A DNA stretch of 57,926 bases, the filler included, from Porpidia crustulata (taxonomy: Eukaryota), in the NCBI GenBank assembly GCA_964255105.1. It is 8 parts of 8 records of this genome, joined end to end, with 100 filler letters (N's around TTAATTAATTAA, not from the genome) between each part and the next. Parts side by side here need not be neighbours in the genome. Positions count along the whole stretch, not along the records: positions 1 to 7,182 come from CAXUWE010001385.1; positions 7,283 to 14,460 come from CAXUWE010001386.1; 6 more parts are not named here. One strand, 5' to 3'. This document shows, in pieces, positions 1-12,399 of the stretch. A program made the position numbers and the translations under genes. Position 1 is the first letter of the stretch, and each line of letters opens with the position of its first letter. The notes under the pieces are model-generated. The model was not told where the DNA came from and did not search any database. It saw only the letters and a list, made by a program, of their open reading frames with translations.

Positions 1-3000
1 CATAATGGGCATGCTGATGTCTGGAGAAGAGTCTCTGTTAGTGGGCTTCGGAACAAGGTTGGAAAACGGGGAGAAGAGGGACTTACCCATGAAGATGATG
101 TCGTATCCTGCCTCGTTTTTTTCGGCGGCCTTTACAGCTAATTGTCCATCCTGCGCTGAGTCCACCAATGCATACTTTCTTTTTCTCATGAAAGTTTCAA
201 GGAGTCGAAGATTGATATGGTTATCGTCAACAAGAAGTAGTCTTGGCGGCCGCTTTTGCACGGTATCTGGGGCTACGGGATTACTCGGTGCGACATTTCT
301 CTTCGGTTTTTCTGTAGACGGCGATGTGAGATCTGGTGTGGCTGCTTTGATCTGAACCGTAAGCATCTCTCCAGTCTTCGTAATCGGCGAAGTATAGGGA
401 AATGCTGTTTTATTCACGCATGGTTCTGTCACTCTCTGATCTAGCTTGGGTCGTCTAGAATCCCGCCTAGTGAGATCGATTCGAAGCCGATCAGAAGCAC
501 TCGGTCCGTGTGTCTCATTGTCCACAGAGGGGAAAGGGAAATCACCACGACCTTCTTTGGTCTGATAGTCGCTATGAGCGTCAGCAGAGGAGCTATCGAT
601 AGCCATTTGAGCGTTTGTGGAGTCAGCTGCTGTAACCAAATCACTAACTTGCACCGTGATTGGGGCATCGTCAGTCTGAAGAGTCATCCCTTCAAACTCG
701 GGAACAACAGTTTCAGCTTCTGATTCGGCCGGACTTCCTCCTCTTAGCAAAGCTGTCACTGGAGGTAGTCCAAGCGAAATAGCTTTCGCCTTATCGAGAC
801 ATACACGAATGGCTTTGGCAAGCTTGTAAGGTCCAAAGGGTTTTGAGACGAATTCTACTGCTGCGGTAATGCGAATGTTGGCTTTCTTGAAGCGAGAACT
901 GTTGCTGGATAAGACGATAGTCGGAGTTCCGCTACTCATTTGCTGTGACAAGGCCGCGAGGTTCTTTTCGTCAACGATAATAACATCCGGATTTGCAATA
1001 GCAGGCCGCCACGACAAGGCTTCGAGACCAAACCACTGCTCAATGTAATCCTTGATGACCTGAGCAGTGTTTGTACTCTGAAGGGTTGCTTCTGTCTTGG
1101 CATCGAACCCATACATAGCGACAGTTTTTCCAGGGTATTCCGCTTGTAATGCCCTGATCGAATCGTCATAAAGACGCTCAAGGGAATTACCACTACTCGG
1201 AGTCGACATAGGGGTGTCGGATCCGGGAACTCGCTTTAGGGGTAGACTAATCCTGACTTCCGTCCCTTGGCCCAGTTGACTTCGAATATTGATAGAGCCG
1301 CCTAGCATGCTGACGATACTTCGAACTATAGACAGACCAAGCCCGGTCCCGCTTGCTAGGGTGTCCTCTTGGCAAAAGGGTGTGTATAAGCTTGTCCGTA
1401 GGTACTCGCTGGAGATACCTTTGCCGGTATCAGTAATATTGATCTCTAGTGTCCTCTCATTCTTCTCTTCTACGCCAGCATCACTAGGTAGCTCGTCAAG
1501 TGCCAGCTTGACCACTATCATCCCATTCTGTGTATACTTTAGAGCGTTGCCTAATATGTTCATGATGACTCGTCTCAGCGCTCCAGGCTGTGTAGTGAAT
1601 GTATAGTCCGCACGACTGATATCCAGGACCACCTCGATTTCCTTTGCAGCAAGTTGTTCACCACCAGCTCCAGCCAAGATAGATTGGCCATCACCTCGAT
1701 TGGAGTTTCTCTTTCTCGTATCGCTCGAGGAAGCAGCAAACTCAGCTGAACTAATATCTTGGTAGACCTGTCCTGCATATACCCCCTCAACCACTTCTTC
1801 TGTAATCGCCGCTACATCTGTAACGGCATAGATGTTCATCAAAGGCGGCGCATCCTTCTGCATTATCCGCTTGGAAGATGTCTTATTCGATGTTGAAGAT
1901 GTGGTGCGAACGGCCATCCCTGTCCTGGGTTTGCGAACATTGCGCCAATTCCGTTCAAAAGTATTAATCTTGCTAAAGTCTAGAATGTGATTGATCGTGT
2001 CTAGGAGAGTTCTGGAGCAAGAGTTGACGGTGGATACGAGACTACTCTGGAAATTGTCAATGTCTGTCTCCCCAAGAAACTCTGCACTGGCAAGAATGCC
2101 ATGTAGTGGAGATCTTAGCTCGTGCGAGATGGATCCGATAAAATCTCCCTTCTGGCGATCGGCGGATATACTCGCAAGCCTCGAGACTTCGGCCATCACG
2201 CTATTACCAAAAGCAATTAGGAAGTTGAGCTCAGCCTCTTCGCTAAAAACTTGACGGGGTGAGGTCCCCCAAACGAAGCAGCCACTGAACCATCTAGCCG
2301 AGCTAGCATCCCACAGTGGCGCGAAGAGTAACTGGCGTACTTGAGGAAAGTGTTTTCGTAGCAAGTCTGCTTCGATGCGCCTTCTTCTAGAGCGAGTGAT
2401 CTTACCCTCTGAAAGCTTTCGGATTCCCCTGGGAGAAGCATCGTCTTCCTCCGATGATGAGAGGCGGCCGTCTCCATCAAAACTCCACAGTTTGCCTCGA
2501 GGATAACGCTGAAGGAAGCTCTGTAGAAGGTTTTCCTTTAATGGAACAAATGAGTCTACTCCAGGTTGCTTCGCAGTGGAACTCAGAGCTCCCTCGGATG
2601 TAGAAAAGCTGATTGTATCTGCAGCCTTCTGATGACCTTGTTCCTTGAGAGCACCCCCAAAGCTACTGCGTTGGTAACCCTTTTGGGTCGATGCAGAGTA
2701 AAGCAATGGATCGTTCTTGTCAGTGTCTTGGTTACTCTGGTTGTCATCGGACGTCGTAGAATACTCGGAGGATCTGTCCTCGCGCCCACGGAAGCCAATA
2801 GCAGTGTCAAAGAAAACAACACCACCTCGGCCTCGAAGATCCAAAGATTCCCTGAGAAGGTTTGCTGCGCGCACAAAAGTTGAGCGGTGGCCACGGTCAG
2901 CACTGCCATGAGTTGCGAGATACTCCGCTTCGTCCTGAGAGCCATCTTGACCTTCGGAAGGGGTAGTATTACTGGAATCTTCCGCCATTATTGGAATATG

Positions 3001-3953
3001 GCTCGGGGAAAATGTGGCTTCTTGATTTTCAGAGCTTTGCGATTTCCAAGAGCCTCTGGCGCGTTTCTTCAGATTGCGCCGGGAATTGAGTACTGAGGTA
3101 TCGAAAGTATGATCTTCTAGATCGAAGCGACCCTTGCCTTCCACAAACGCATTCAATCCTCGAGACATTCTCATTGCCCTTCTGCGTTCTTCTGCCTCAC
3201 TATTTATCTCGAGGTGCCCCATGACTATTTTAGCAATGGTCCCGAGAAATGTTTCTTGATTGGAAGTCAGGCGGGGCCTCGGTTTGACATCAATTATGAA
3301 TAAACTACCAATATTCACACCTCTCTTGGTAGTCAGGGGTGTACCAGCATAGAACCTAAAGAACGGCGGGCCTGTAACAAAAGGTAATTGGTCGAAGCGA
3401 TCATCTTTGCTAAGGTCTGTGACTGTAAAACATTGGTACTCCCCAGGACTGTGCGGCAGCTCGATGGTTTTCTATGAAGTTCTGAGTCAATGTTGCAATT
3501 ACTGCTACTTCTCCAAGTTCTTACCTCACAGAGCCTTCCAGACTTATTGACGGTCGAGCAGCCAATCCATAAGTTATCGCCTTCCTCGTCGCATTGCTGG
3601 TCATCAGCGAGATTCAAAGTCTTCGTAGATTCAGCTATGAAGTATTGATGTTCTTTGTCGATCACACTGATTTACTATTAATACTGGTTCATATGTTGAT
3701 AGCAAGATCCTTACCTAATCATTGCTCTCTGTGCATCAAGGCGAAGGGCGCATAGCTGAGCCAGCGCGGTCAAGATCGTGTCAGGCGAGGATGCAGCATT
3801 GGCGCTCAGCGTGTTTTGAGCAAAGTTGGAAAGATTTCTTGTCACCACGACTGGCGAGGAAGTAGCTGGGGTATTAGGAGGCTGGAAGTAGCGGTACAGT
3901 TCATGTTCTCGAGTATTGTCAACCTTCGTGAAAGCATTTTGCGCGATTGTCAT
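1..3953 (-). CDS. Hybrid two-component histidine kinase (GAF-HisKA-HATPase-REC), 3' truncated at contig edge; exons approx. 3953-3715, 3666-3525, 3471-87, 20-<1
   Basis: Manual translation: N-term REHELYRYF..LTALAQLCALRLDAQRAMIS, GAF RFYAGTPLTTKRGVNIGSLFIID, H-box DFIGSISHELRSPLHGI, N-box RRVIMNILGNALKYT, G1 ITDTGKGI, G2 GTGLGLSIV, receiver RLLLVDDNHINL..YDIIFMDISMPIM; three GT-AG introns. The main exon is absent from the ORF track because it runs off the edge without a stop. Confidence 0.93.
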
Positions 3954-4395
3954 GGTGACTTCAGCTGATGGTCGAAAGGCCCCCGAGGTCCCCAAGAATC
4001 GAGGGAAGATACTTCTGAGTAGGCGTAGGTAGAAGAAGGGACAGATGCGGTTTTCGAGAACCCATGAACCAAAAAATCGAGAGTAGTGCGTCTGTTTTTG
4101 AAGATCTTAAAGCTCTGATACCACAACGCGGCGAGTTTACCTGCCGATGACCGACTTCACGAGCTTCGGGTGATCTTTCCTCCCCTACGTCACCAGCGGC
4201 AACTAGTCTCTAGTGGTATACCCGCTTAATCTACCCCCCAAGTCATTCAATATCAATTTAGTATGCCAATATATAACATAGCAATTGTTTTCTTCACCTG
4301 CATCTGCAAATTTCTGAGATAATACTTTCTAGCTAAACAATAACGAGATTGTAAACCAGATCCCATATCGTTCTCGAGGGTCAATAGATCTGACA

Positions 4396-5970
4396 ATGGG
4401 AGGAAGATCGAACCCCCCAGTGGACCACTCATTCGAAAAAGTATATCCTGAATTCCCTTGTATTACTGTATGACCATTGGATTGACGAATCAAGGTCTCC
4501 TACACTTCTAGAAGCTCACCAAAGAATTACATCTTTGTTCCAAAAGGTAATTCGGCGCTTTCCACATTTATCATGGAAACTAACTTCAATAGGAGATATT
4601 TACGTAACTCGTCATTGGTGAGTCACACAGTGTTGGCATGACCTACAATATTAAGTCATATTTCTAACAGTTCTGAAAGCCGAGATCGCACAAGAAAAGC
4701 TGAGAATACACTTTATGTCGTTTTTGTAGGCCTTCTTAACGAGTGTCTGCGCATAAATTCCTAACTTGCTTAGAATCGTAAAACCCGCAAGAGGATAGGT
4801 CTCCATTGCCCAATAGTAATCCACGAAGCTGTCAAAAGGGACTCCGAGACTTCAGCCCCGGGACGCCAACAAGCAGTCGCGACCAAAGACAGTCGAGATC
4901 ACGCTCTTGCTCGGGAGCAGCTTTTCCATCATTATCCTTGCCTGCCGAAAGATTCTGCAGAAGAGATCCTTGAACACGGATTTCTCAAGGGAAGCGGCCG
5001 AGTTGGGAGATCCATGACAATTGACGATAGTCTCAAAATGAAGTTAGCTGTGACTGCACACATTCGTCATCGATTTACAAATTATGACGCCATCCTTTCT
5101 GAGCCAAGAGAGAATTATCCGGATCGCGATGTGAGGAAAATAGCGAGGTCTAGGGTCAAGAAGCGAGTCGAAGATGTCGCGGAAATGTGGCGAGGGACTA
5201 CTATGACCGACGAGGATATGGCGAGTGGTGTGCCCATCAACATATCGGATTTCTTCGATGACCTCACCATAGATTCGGAAGTCAATCACGAGGAACGGCG
5301 AGGAGGACGATCTCAGCAATCATACAGTAGTTCCTCCCGCATTGCACGCCAAGACCGAGCTTTTGATGCTATACCGGCGTTGAGACCAAATAATGAACAC
5401 CATTCACATCGGATTGCCGCGGTTACTGTTGGTTCCTCAAATGAGGAAGGGCAAGTGCATGAGCTGAGGGAGTCGCGAATTTCAAGTTATCGCTCCCAAA
5501 GGTGCAAGGAGCTTGCAGATAGGGACTTATACTCGGCAAAGCGTCATCGCTCTCATATAAGTCACATAACTCCTAGCAGAGTCCGTCAGATGAATAAGCA
5601 ACAGACTGTAACGCGCGACAAAGATTGGGCAGACCTTCCTATCAAAAGGCCGACGAATGCCATTAACGCACAGCGTGGAGCTACGGTGGCTGCAGGTATA
5701 TTGGGCCTCGGACGTGTAGCTAAGTCAGTACGGAATAAAGAAAATCGAGCAAAGACCACACTGGAAGACCTCCAGCATTATTTGAGCCAAGTCAGGTTTG
5801 TGCGGGAACACTTGATCAAGGATCCCGGCAGCCAACGAATCAACGAGTCTATTAGAGAAGAGATAGCTTTGAAGCCAGAGGAAGACCTTTGCACAAAATT
5901 GTGCGCAACAAGCTTAAACAAGGGAACGACTCTCCAGCATTCCCAAGCTCAAGACAACAACCTCACCTAA
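4396..5970 (+). CDS. DUF2293-domain protein with several short 5' exons and a low-complexity C-terminal tail
   Basis: Spliced reading gives YIFVPKGDIYVTRHC and, in the last exon, AEEILEHGFLKGSGRVGRS..KLAVTAHIRHRFTNYD, the typical fungal DUF2293 pattern; 5' exon boundaries approximate. Confidence 0.78.
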
Positions 5971-6642
5971 ATCAAGCGCACTTCTCGCCAACAGTCAGAA
6001 TATTAAGCTTCTTGAATAATCTAGCAACGACTGCGAAGGACGCGAATGTAGACTAGATCGGATGGATATTTCGTGGGGCGAGTTTGAGGGCACGCATGCG
6101 CATAATTGTGGCGATTGACTTCGAGAAACGCGCCGCTCAACGGTAGCATAGTCTGCAGCATGTATAATAGGATTGAGTACAAGCATGCAAGGACAGGACG
6201 GTGCCTTGTAGCCTCGAATGAGACCTCTAATGAGATGGGATAATGCAAAAGGTTAGAGTAGCTTGAGTGCTTGAGTAGGTTGCGGATAGACATGGATAAA
6301 ACAAGCTTCCACAGGGCTGGGTAGCGTTCCTTAAACCGGCCGATGAAGTGGCGCTTCGGGCTTAGCCGGGTACCTGATCCGTCCGGTCGGGAAGATGCGA
6401 CCATGGCGCCATTTGATGGCAGCCACACGAGCCCGGTACTGACAATACTCATCTGCAGTTCTAACTTGAGCAATTGCTTGCCGCTTGCGCTTCTCCTCTC
6501 ATAAAGCTCATAGACATGCTTATAATCGCTCCGAGGTAATAAGACCATCTTTCCTCGAATTAATGAGACCACGCTGCCTGGATCATCCCCCAAATTGCTG
6601 TGGTAGAGAACTTGCGGTGGAAAGTACCAATAGCTTCAAATA

Positions 6643-7182
6643 ATGTCCCCCAATCAGCATATCACGCTTTCGCTCCCGTACTCCGTTCGTGCCGATATTC
6701 CCAATACACCACCATTAGCAAGCTATCTACTTCACTTGATTTCCATCAAACGATCCAATCTCTGTGTATCGGCCGATGTTAATTCTAGCTCTGCCTTGCT
6801 TCGCCTAGCAGAAGATGTTGGAGACTATATATGCGTACTCAAAACCCATGCGGATATTGTCGATGATTTCTCGGAAAGGACCATCAAAGGACTTCAAGAG
6901 GTTTCGAGGAGGAAACGCTTCTTGATCTTTGAGGATAGGAAATTCGGCGACATTGGCAGTATGCAGAGCCCTGTCGATAGAGGAACTCGAACTTACGGGT
7001 AGACGCGTCTCTAATATACTCGAATAGGCACAGTCAAATCCCAATACACCCGTGGTCCCCTCGCCATCGCAACCTGGGCCCACCTCACAAACGCCCACAT
7101 CTTCCCCGGCCCTTCCATCGTTACAGCCCTCCATTCCGCCGCAACCTCAACCTTGACCGCCCTAAACCAATCCGTCTTCACC
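6643..7182 (+). CDS. pyrG: Orotidine-5'-phosphate decarboxylase, 3' truncated
   Basis: SNLCVSADV, ICVLKTHADIV and active-site FLIFEDRKFGDIG; after an intron (approx. 6959-7028) TVKSQYTRG..WAHLTNAHIFPGPSIV. Confidence 0.96.
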
Positions 7183-7282
7183 NNNNNNNNNNNNNNNNNN
7201 NNNNNNNNNNNNNNNNNNNNNNNNNNTTAATTAATTAANNNNNNNNNNNNNNNNNNNNNNNNNNNNNNNNNNNNNNNNNNNN
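7183..7282. other. Artificial contig spacer (N44-TTAATTAATTAA-N44)
   Basis: 100-bp linker with stops in all six frames. Confidence 0.99.
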
Positions 7283-8593
7283 GGGCCTCCCCGCGCGCCT
7301 CCACTCGCACCCCCTCTGGTACCGCTGGGTGGTGCCGATCCTCCAGGACCTGGAGTAAATAGGTAGATTGGCAACCCCCACACGGCAGCCGCGGCAGTCC
7401 AAAGTCGATAGTGAGCAAATTTAACCTCGTTCGTCCACTGCGACGAGCGCCAGGGAGAGCCGTGCACCCAGCCGAGAAAGGCGTCCTGGGCTGTCGCTTT
7501 CTGTGCTTCGCTGCCTCCGGCTGCGACGCCGCTGAAAGTGGCGAGATGCTCGCCGTCGGCTTTGGAGTTGGACCATCTGCAGGTGTGAGCTCCGAAATCC
7601 CAGGTGACCATGCCATCAAATCCGAGGACGGGCTTGCGTCGTGGGGTCAGTTTCGTGCCTATGGAGCTGTTGAAGCGGATTTGTTAGTGTGGAAATTTCG
7701 GGTTGCCACGGGGAATGCACCCACCGGAACAAGAGAACCATGGTTTTCTGGGTGATGAGTTGCTGTAGACAAAGCCTCATTGCCTCTCGCCGTACTCCTG
7801 AGCCTAGTGATTCGAATTGGGTTACCCTTCGTGAATTTTCATCCTGCACAGGAGTTAGACATACTCGAAAGTCAACATCAGTTTTCTCCCTTACTGTGAA
7901 TACCAACACTCCTTGGTTGAAATTCCAGCTTGACAATTTAGGGCCAACACTCAAGGTCATCTTGACAGACATATCTGGTAAGTTGATAACTTCCCTAGCT
8001 GAGGAGTCTATCACAACAGCCGACTGATCCTCAATCTGCCATGCGGCTCTATGAAATCCGGTATCGCCGTATTCGACATCTGGAAAATTGGACTGGTTTG
8101 CAACCCGAATGGAGAAAGAAGTGCACAGACCACTGTTACCACTCCAAAGACTTTTCCAAATGTTCTCATCAAGTGGAAGTTGTACATCTTCCTTCAGTAG
8201 GCCTGCTCCCTCAAGGGTGTTTGTCCCCTTCGCTAGGAAATTACCCCAGGTCCCCAAAGCATTTCCTCCACCCCGGGGACGAACATTGCTCAAGATTTGC
8301 TCGAACATGACGAAGCTTGTATACGGGCAAACTCCCCAAACTTCGCGGTAAGCCTTGTCAATGGCAATAAAAGTAGCGTCATTCGACACTGGACCAGCTT
8401 GCGATCCAGAGGCGTCAGTCTCTCCTGGTAACGTATTACCTGCAGGTAAATTTCCTGAGCCAGGTGGAACACTTGAACCTGATCGAACATTTGATGCCGC
8501 TGGAACGCTTGACACAGGTGGAGCATTTGGAAAGGTTGCAACACTCGGTATCAATGGAGTCCTCGATGCAGGTCCAGAAGTTAACGTCGACAT
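7283..8593 (-). CDS. Hypothetical protein with putative Cys-His-Asp (papain/transglutaminase/NAT-like) core, 3' truncated; introns 7894-7844 and 7724-7667
   Basis: The 325-aa ORF joins the 7231-7611 ORF frame through canonical introns (GTAAGG..CTAAC..CAG; GTGGGT..CTAAC..CAG); motifs SGLCTSF, GFHRAAW, VVIDSSA. Confidence 0.7.
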
Positions 8594-10124
8594 GATCTCG
8601 ATGGTCAGATTGTCAAGAAAAATTGAAAAGCCGATTCAAATTGTGGGACAGACATCCCCAGGAGCCGTGACATCAATTTCAACTTATATGATATGCTTAC
8701 GATCGGAAATTCAGTGTGTTTTGCGTATAAATACATCCAATTCTCATGTCCAGCGCCATCAATGCACGCCCGGGGTACATTAGTGCAATATACCAAGATT
8801 ACTCAGCTGTTGATAGACAAGACAGTAAGACGATAAGCAAGGGGAGAAGCATGTGGCGCAACAAACTAGGAGAAGGAAGTTGAATAACGCGTTGACAAGT
8901 AAGACCTGTACTAATCAAAGCCACTACCTGCGCTCAGGTGGACAATTGTCAACCCATGCAAAGAGCAGGATCATGGTAAGAAACTAGCGAGGCGCAACCC
9001 ATATGCCAGTGAGACATGAGTAAGACGCTGATAGAGGGGCTAGAATTCGGTGGCTTCGCAAAATCTTTTGATGCCATACATTCAGAATTGTGTCCTATCC
9101 TCCCTTGCAGTCAGATGGAAGGCAGTAGCGAGGTTTGGATAGACTTGGACCGTCACACCGGCAAACTCTGCAGCCTGTTTGGGATTCCAGCGTTGCGATA
9201 AAATCTGTCCATGCCTTTTTCTACTCAAGCCTTCCGGTGAAGACGTCTTATTTTTGTCGAGACTTAAAACCAAAGTCTGAAGTTGACAGGTGAGATCACT
9301 GTAGGGTGGTAGAGTAGTCAATTTTCACTTGTTTCACAGAGATAATGTAATATATCAGTCGTCAGAATACGTCTGGTAATGATACGTGAATTGAAATCGT
9401 TACAATACTGGCATTATCTCCATTCAGAACCTTGTGTTATCTACGCATTGTGCAACGAGACCAGGTGATATTACCAATACAGTTGTGTTGAAGCTGACAT
9501 TCCCATCAATATCTCGCAACATCAATGACATTAATGTCAATTCGATCTGTAGAAATCTAAAATTGTGAGATTATAAGCGTAATATGAACGTTTCAATGCC
9601 TCGCAGATTGAATCATACAAGATGTAATCTAAAGTTACGTAGTTATAGGTGTATTGTATCTACCTACTATCAGCGACGTTTCATAACTTTCGTGGTAGCG
9701 GTCAATAAGAAATCTAGCACATCAGCTACCCATATCATTATCGCGTGTATCATACTGACTTTACTTCCTACATACGCTTTTGGCATGCTAACATGAGACT
9801 GTAGCTGTTGGTGCTACTTGCATGAGTGAGCATTAGGTGAACCTGGACTAGAAAGTTACGTTAGCTCTTGGCTCTCGTACATCTGCATGTAAGATCTTGA
9901 CTCAGCTGCATTCGCTCAAGCCACTTGAGCAACCTTCCTGTACCTCCAGCTTTGCGGTACTAGTCTAAGTACCGTTACTCAAAGTCACCACTTCCCTTTC
10001 AATCTCAATGTAACTACAGCTCTAAACCCTCATATTTTTCTAATCCACTCCTTCAAACATTGCCCAATTCCGTCGACTCTTCCCCTCAGTCTCTTGTTCT
10101 CATCTCTCCAGAATATCTCAAACT

Positions 10125-10577
10125 ATGCCCCCATCAAACGCCACCCGAAATCCTCCACAACCAGGCGCTTCCAGAGCACCTTTCTCCGACATATCCAACG
10201 CCCCCAAGGACAATGCAGGCGCTCCTCAGGCAGGAGAGCCGAAGCCAAAGACTCGTCCCGATCCATTTCAACCCATCCCCGGCGCCGCGCCGAACACGCC
10301 ATCAAGAACGGGCCTCGGGAAGCCAGAGCCTGCCAGCCAATCCTTCGAAGAGGCCGAGGTGGCATGGTTGAAGAAGACGCCGGCGGAAAAGGAAGAGATG
10401 TACTTGGCTACCTACGGAAGTAAGGAACGTATGTGTCAACTTGGTCAGGCGGTTTGATCTTTCTAAGAATTTTGGCTTACTGGGTGCACAGCTCCATGGG
10501 CGAGCATCGATAAGGAGCCCTACGATGATGGTGCAGACATAGACTACGAATTGGCAGCGGGCCAGCCAAGTCGCTAG
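10125..10577 (+). CDS. Small Pro-rich hypothetical protein (about 129 aa), intron 10429-10491
   Basis: ATG ORF with GTATGT donor and CACAG acceptor restoring frame to ..SKEPPWASIDKEPYDDGADIDYELAAGQPSR*. Confidence 0.55.
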
Positions 10578-11614
10578 ATTCTAAGGAATCGTGGGATGGC
10601 ACCTGGAAGAGGGTGCTGTCAAAAGTAAGGGCGATCAAATTCTGCGTTCGACAACTGTCTATGTTGGTGGTAGTAGTACTAGTATCTTATCGTACGGCCA
10701 CGATCACGCTTCATGCCGCCGCGCGATTATTTCTTCAATGAGCATTGTGAGCCCCAGAACCTCATAAATAGCCCGCCACCTGGTGTCAACCCCTACCAAA
10801 GACAGACCCTCGCTCTCACCAGACGAGCGACTCGACTCCTCGCGTTTGCGCGAACATCAGAATGATTGGATCTGCTTTGATCAGAAAGATTACGCAATAA
10901 GCAGAGCCCGAGAATGAAACGCAGGGAATTTGTCACTGTGGCTGTACGAAAGCTGGAAGACCGTGGCATGTTGAGTGGTTGAAATCAACATAAAAATTCA
11001 CGATATCTTTCCACGGTCAAACCTACAATCAATAGATGGCGTCGCCAAGACTTTCAAGATGAAGATCAACGTCAATGACTCGGAAATGCCTCTAATTCCA
11101 TACTCCTCCATTTTCATTCAATATCGCATTATCTTTTTACTCCCTTTCCTCTTCCCTCTTGATTCGCCTTCATATTCCCTTTATATTCTCTCACTGATCC
11201 TTTCACACTGTTTTCCCGCTATCCTCTTGCCTGTATAAACCACTTCCTTTCCCACTTCTTTCCTCTACATACTTTGCCCTCTCCTTTTGCTCCTTTCCAT
11301 AGAACACCTATCAACCTTACATATAAATATGATCTTTCTATAATCTGTATCGACACTACCGTCTCCTATCACTTCTATATATAGAGGATGTCAACCGTCT
11401 GACAGCAACAGTAGCGCGACTACAAGGACTCCTCATGACCAAGAGGATAATTAGTATGGAGCTTTGCGATCAAAAATACAGCCAAAATCCGACCCCGTCT
11501 GTAATAATTCTCAGTATTGATATTGATCATCGACAGTGACGAGGATCCATGAGGATCGATGATCGCTGAAAGCATTCATGTTAGTGGAAATGATCTCAGC
11601 ATTCTCTTTGTCCA

Positions 11615-11641
11615 CTCACCGCTCACCGCTCACCGCTCACC
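11615..11641 (+). repeat. Heptanucleotide tandem repeat (CTCACCG) x about 4
   Basis: ctcaccg ctcaccg ctcaccg ctcacc read directly. Confidence 0.85.
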
Positions 11642-12399
11642 ATACTTACATAACTCCGGGCAAAGTTGAGCTAATCACAATCCCTAACCTCAGTTCCAGA
11701 TCAAGTGGGCCAGGACATGCTCAAAGTCTCAACGCTGTCAGTCACTGACCGCTTGATGAAGGCTTCATCCTTTCAAACCCCTTTTCTCGAAACAGTACAC
11801 TCACCTTAAATGGCTACGCGGTGGGTTGTCTGGAGGGACTGAAACGTTCTATTAATTAGTCTAAATTTCCAAAGTCGTCTCGAACTTGAAGAGTTCTTCT
11901 TCACGAAACTGAATGAATCGATCATAACATCAGAGTAAGAGCGAGAAAAGATCATAGGTACCCCGCGACAACGTGATCTCAGCCTACGGGATGTTGAGAG
12001 CGCTCTCATAGCAGGAAAAAAACCTGGTATGACCAAATATTTCGGGCGACGGGTAAATAAGGTAGAACATGGATCGGGTTTGTGACGCTTTCGTACATGG
12101 CGAGGAGATATATGAAGCACTGGCATGTCCATGATTGCTGGAACTGGGATGTTATAGTGTTCAAATGTCTTTCCGTTGTTCTGATCTCATCAATGAGCTG
12201 CAGAAGTTGGGACGTCACACGGGTTTCTGAGTACGTTGATCTCGAATATCTAAAGTGGCGTAATGTCAAGATCTACGGTGAAGGGGCAGCGACATACGCA
12301 AATTTGAGAGCCATCATCACCCTCGAATATGAAAAAGGACAAAAGGACACAATGAACAAGGAGTCCCTTTGCTTGTAAGGCCATTGATCATTATGCATA

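Noticed and set aside
2500..2560. Suspected frameshift in the histidine kinase because the ORF track shows no long ORF
   Set aside because: Manual translation reads through cleanly (FVPLKENLLQSFLQRYPRGKLWSFD); the frame simply lacks a stop before the window edge.
6021..6593. 190-codon minus-strand ORF upstream of pyrG
   Set aside because: Non-ATG start, no recognisable motif, overlaps the pyrG promoter; cannot be supported as a gene.
9000..9800. Possible decayed gene in an AT-rich stretch
   Set aside because: All frames are stop-rich and no family is recognisable; CC/GG depletion is only mild.
11780..12380. Overlapping short ORFs suggesting a pseudogene
   Set aside because: No consistent frame or identifiable domain.
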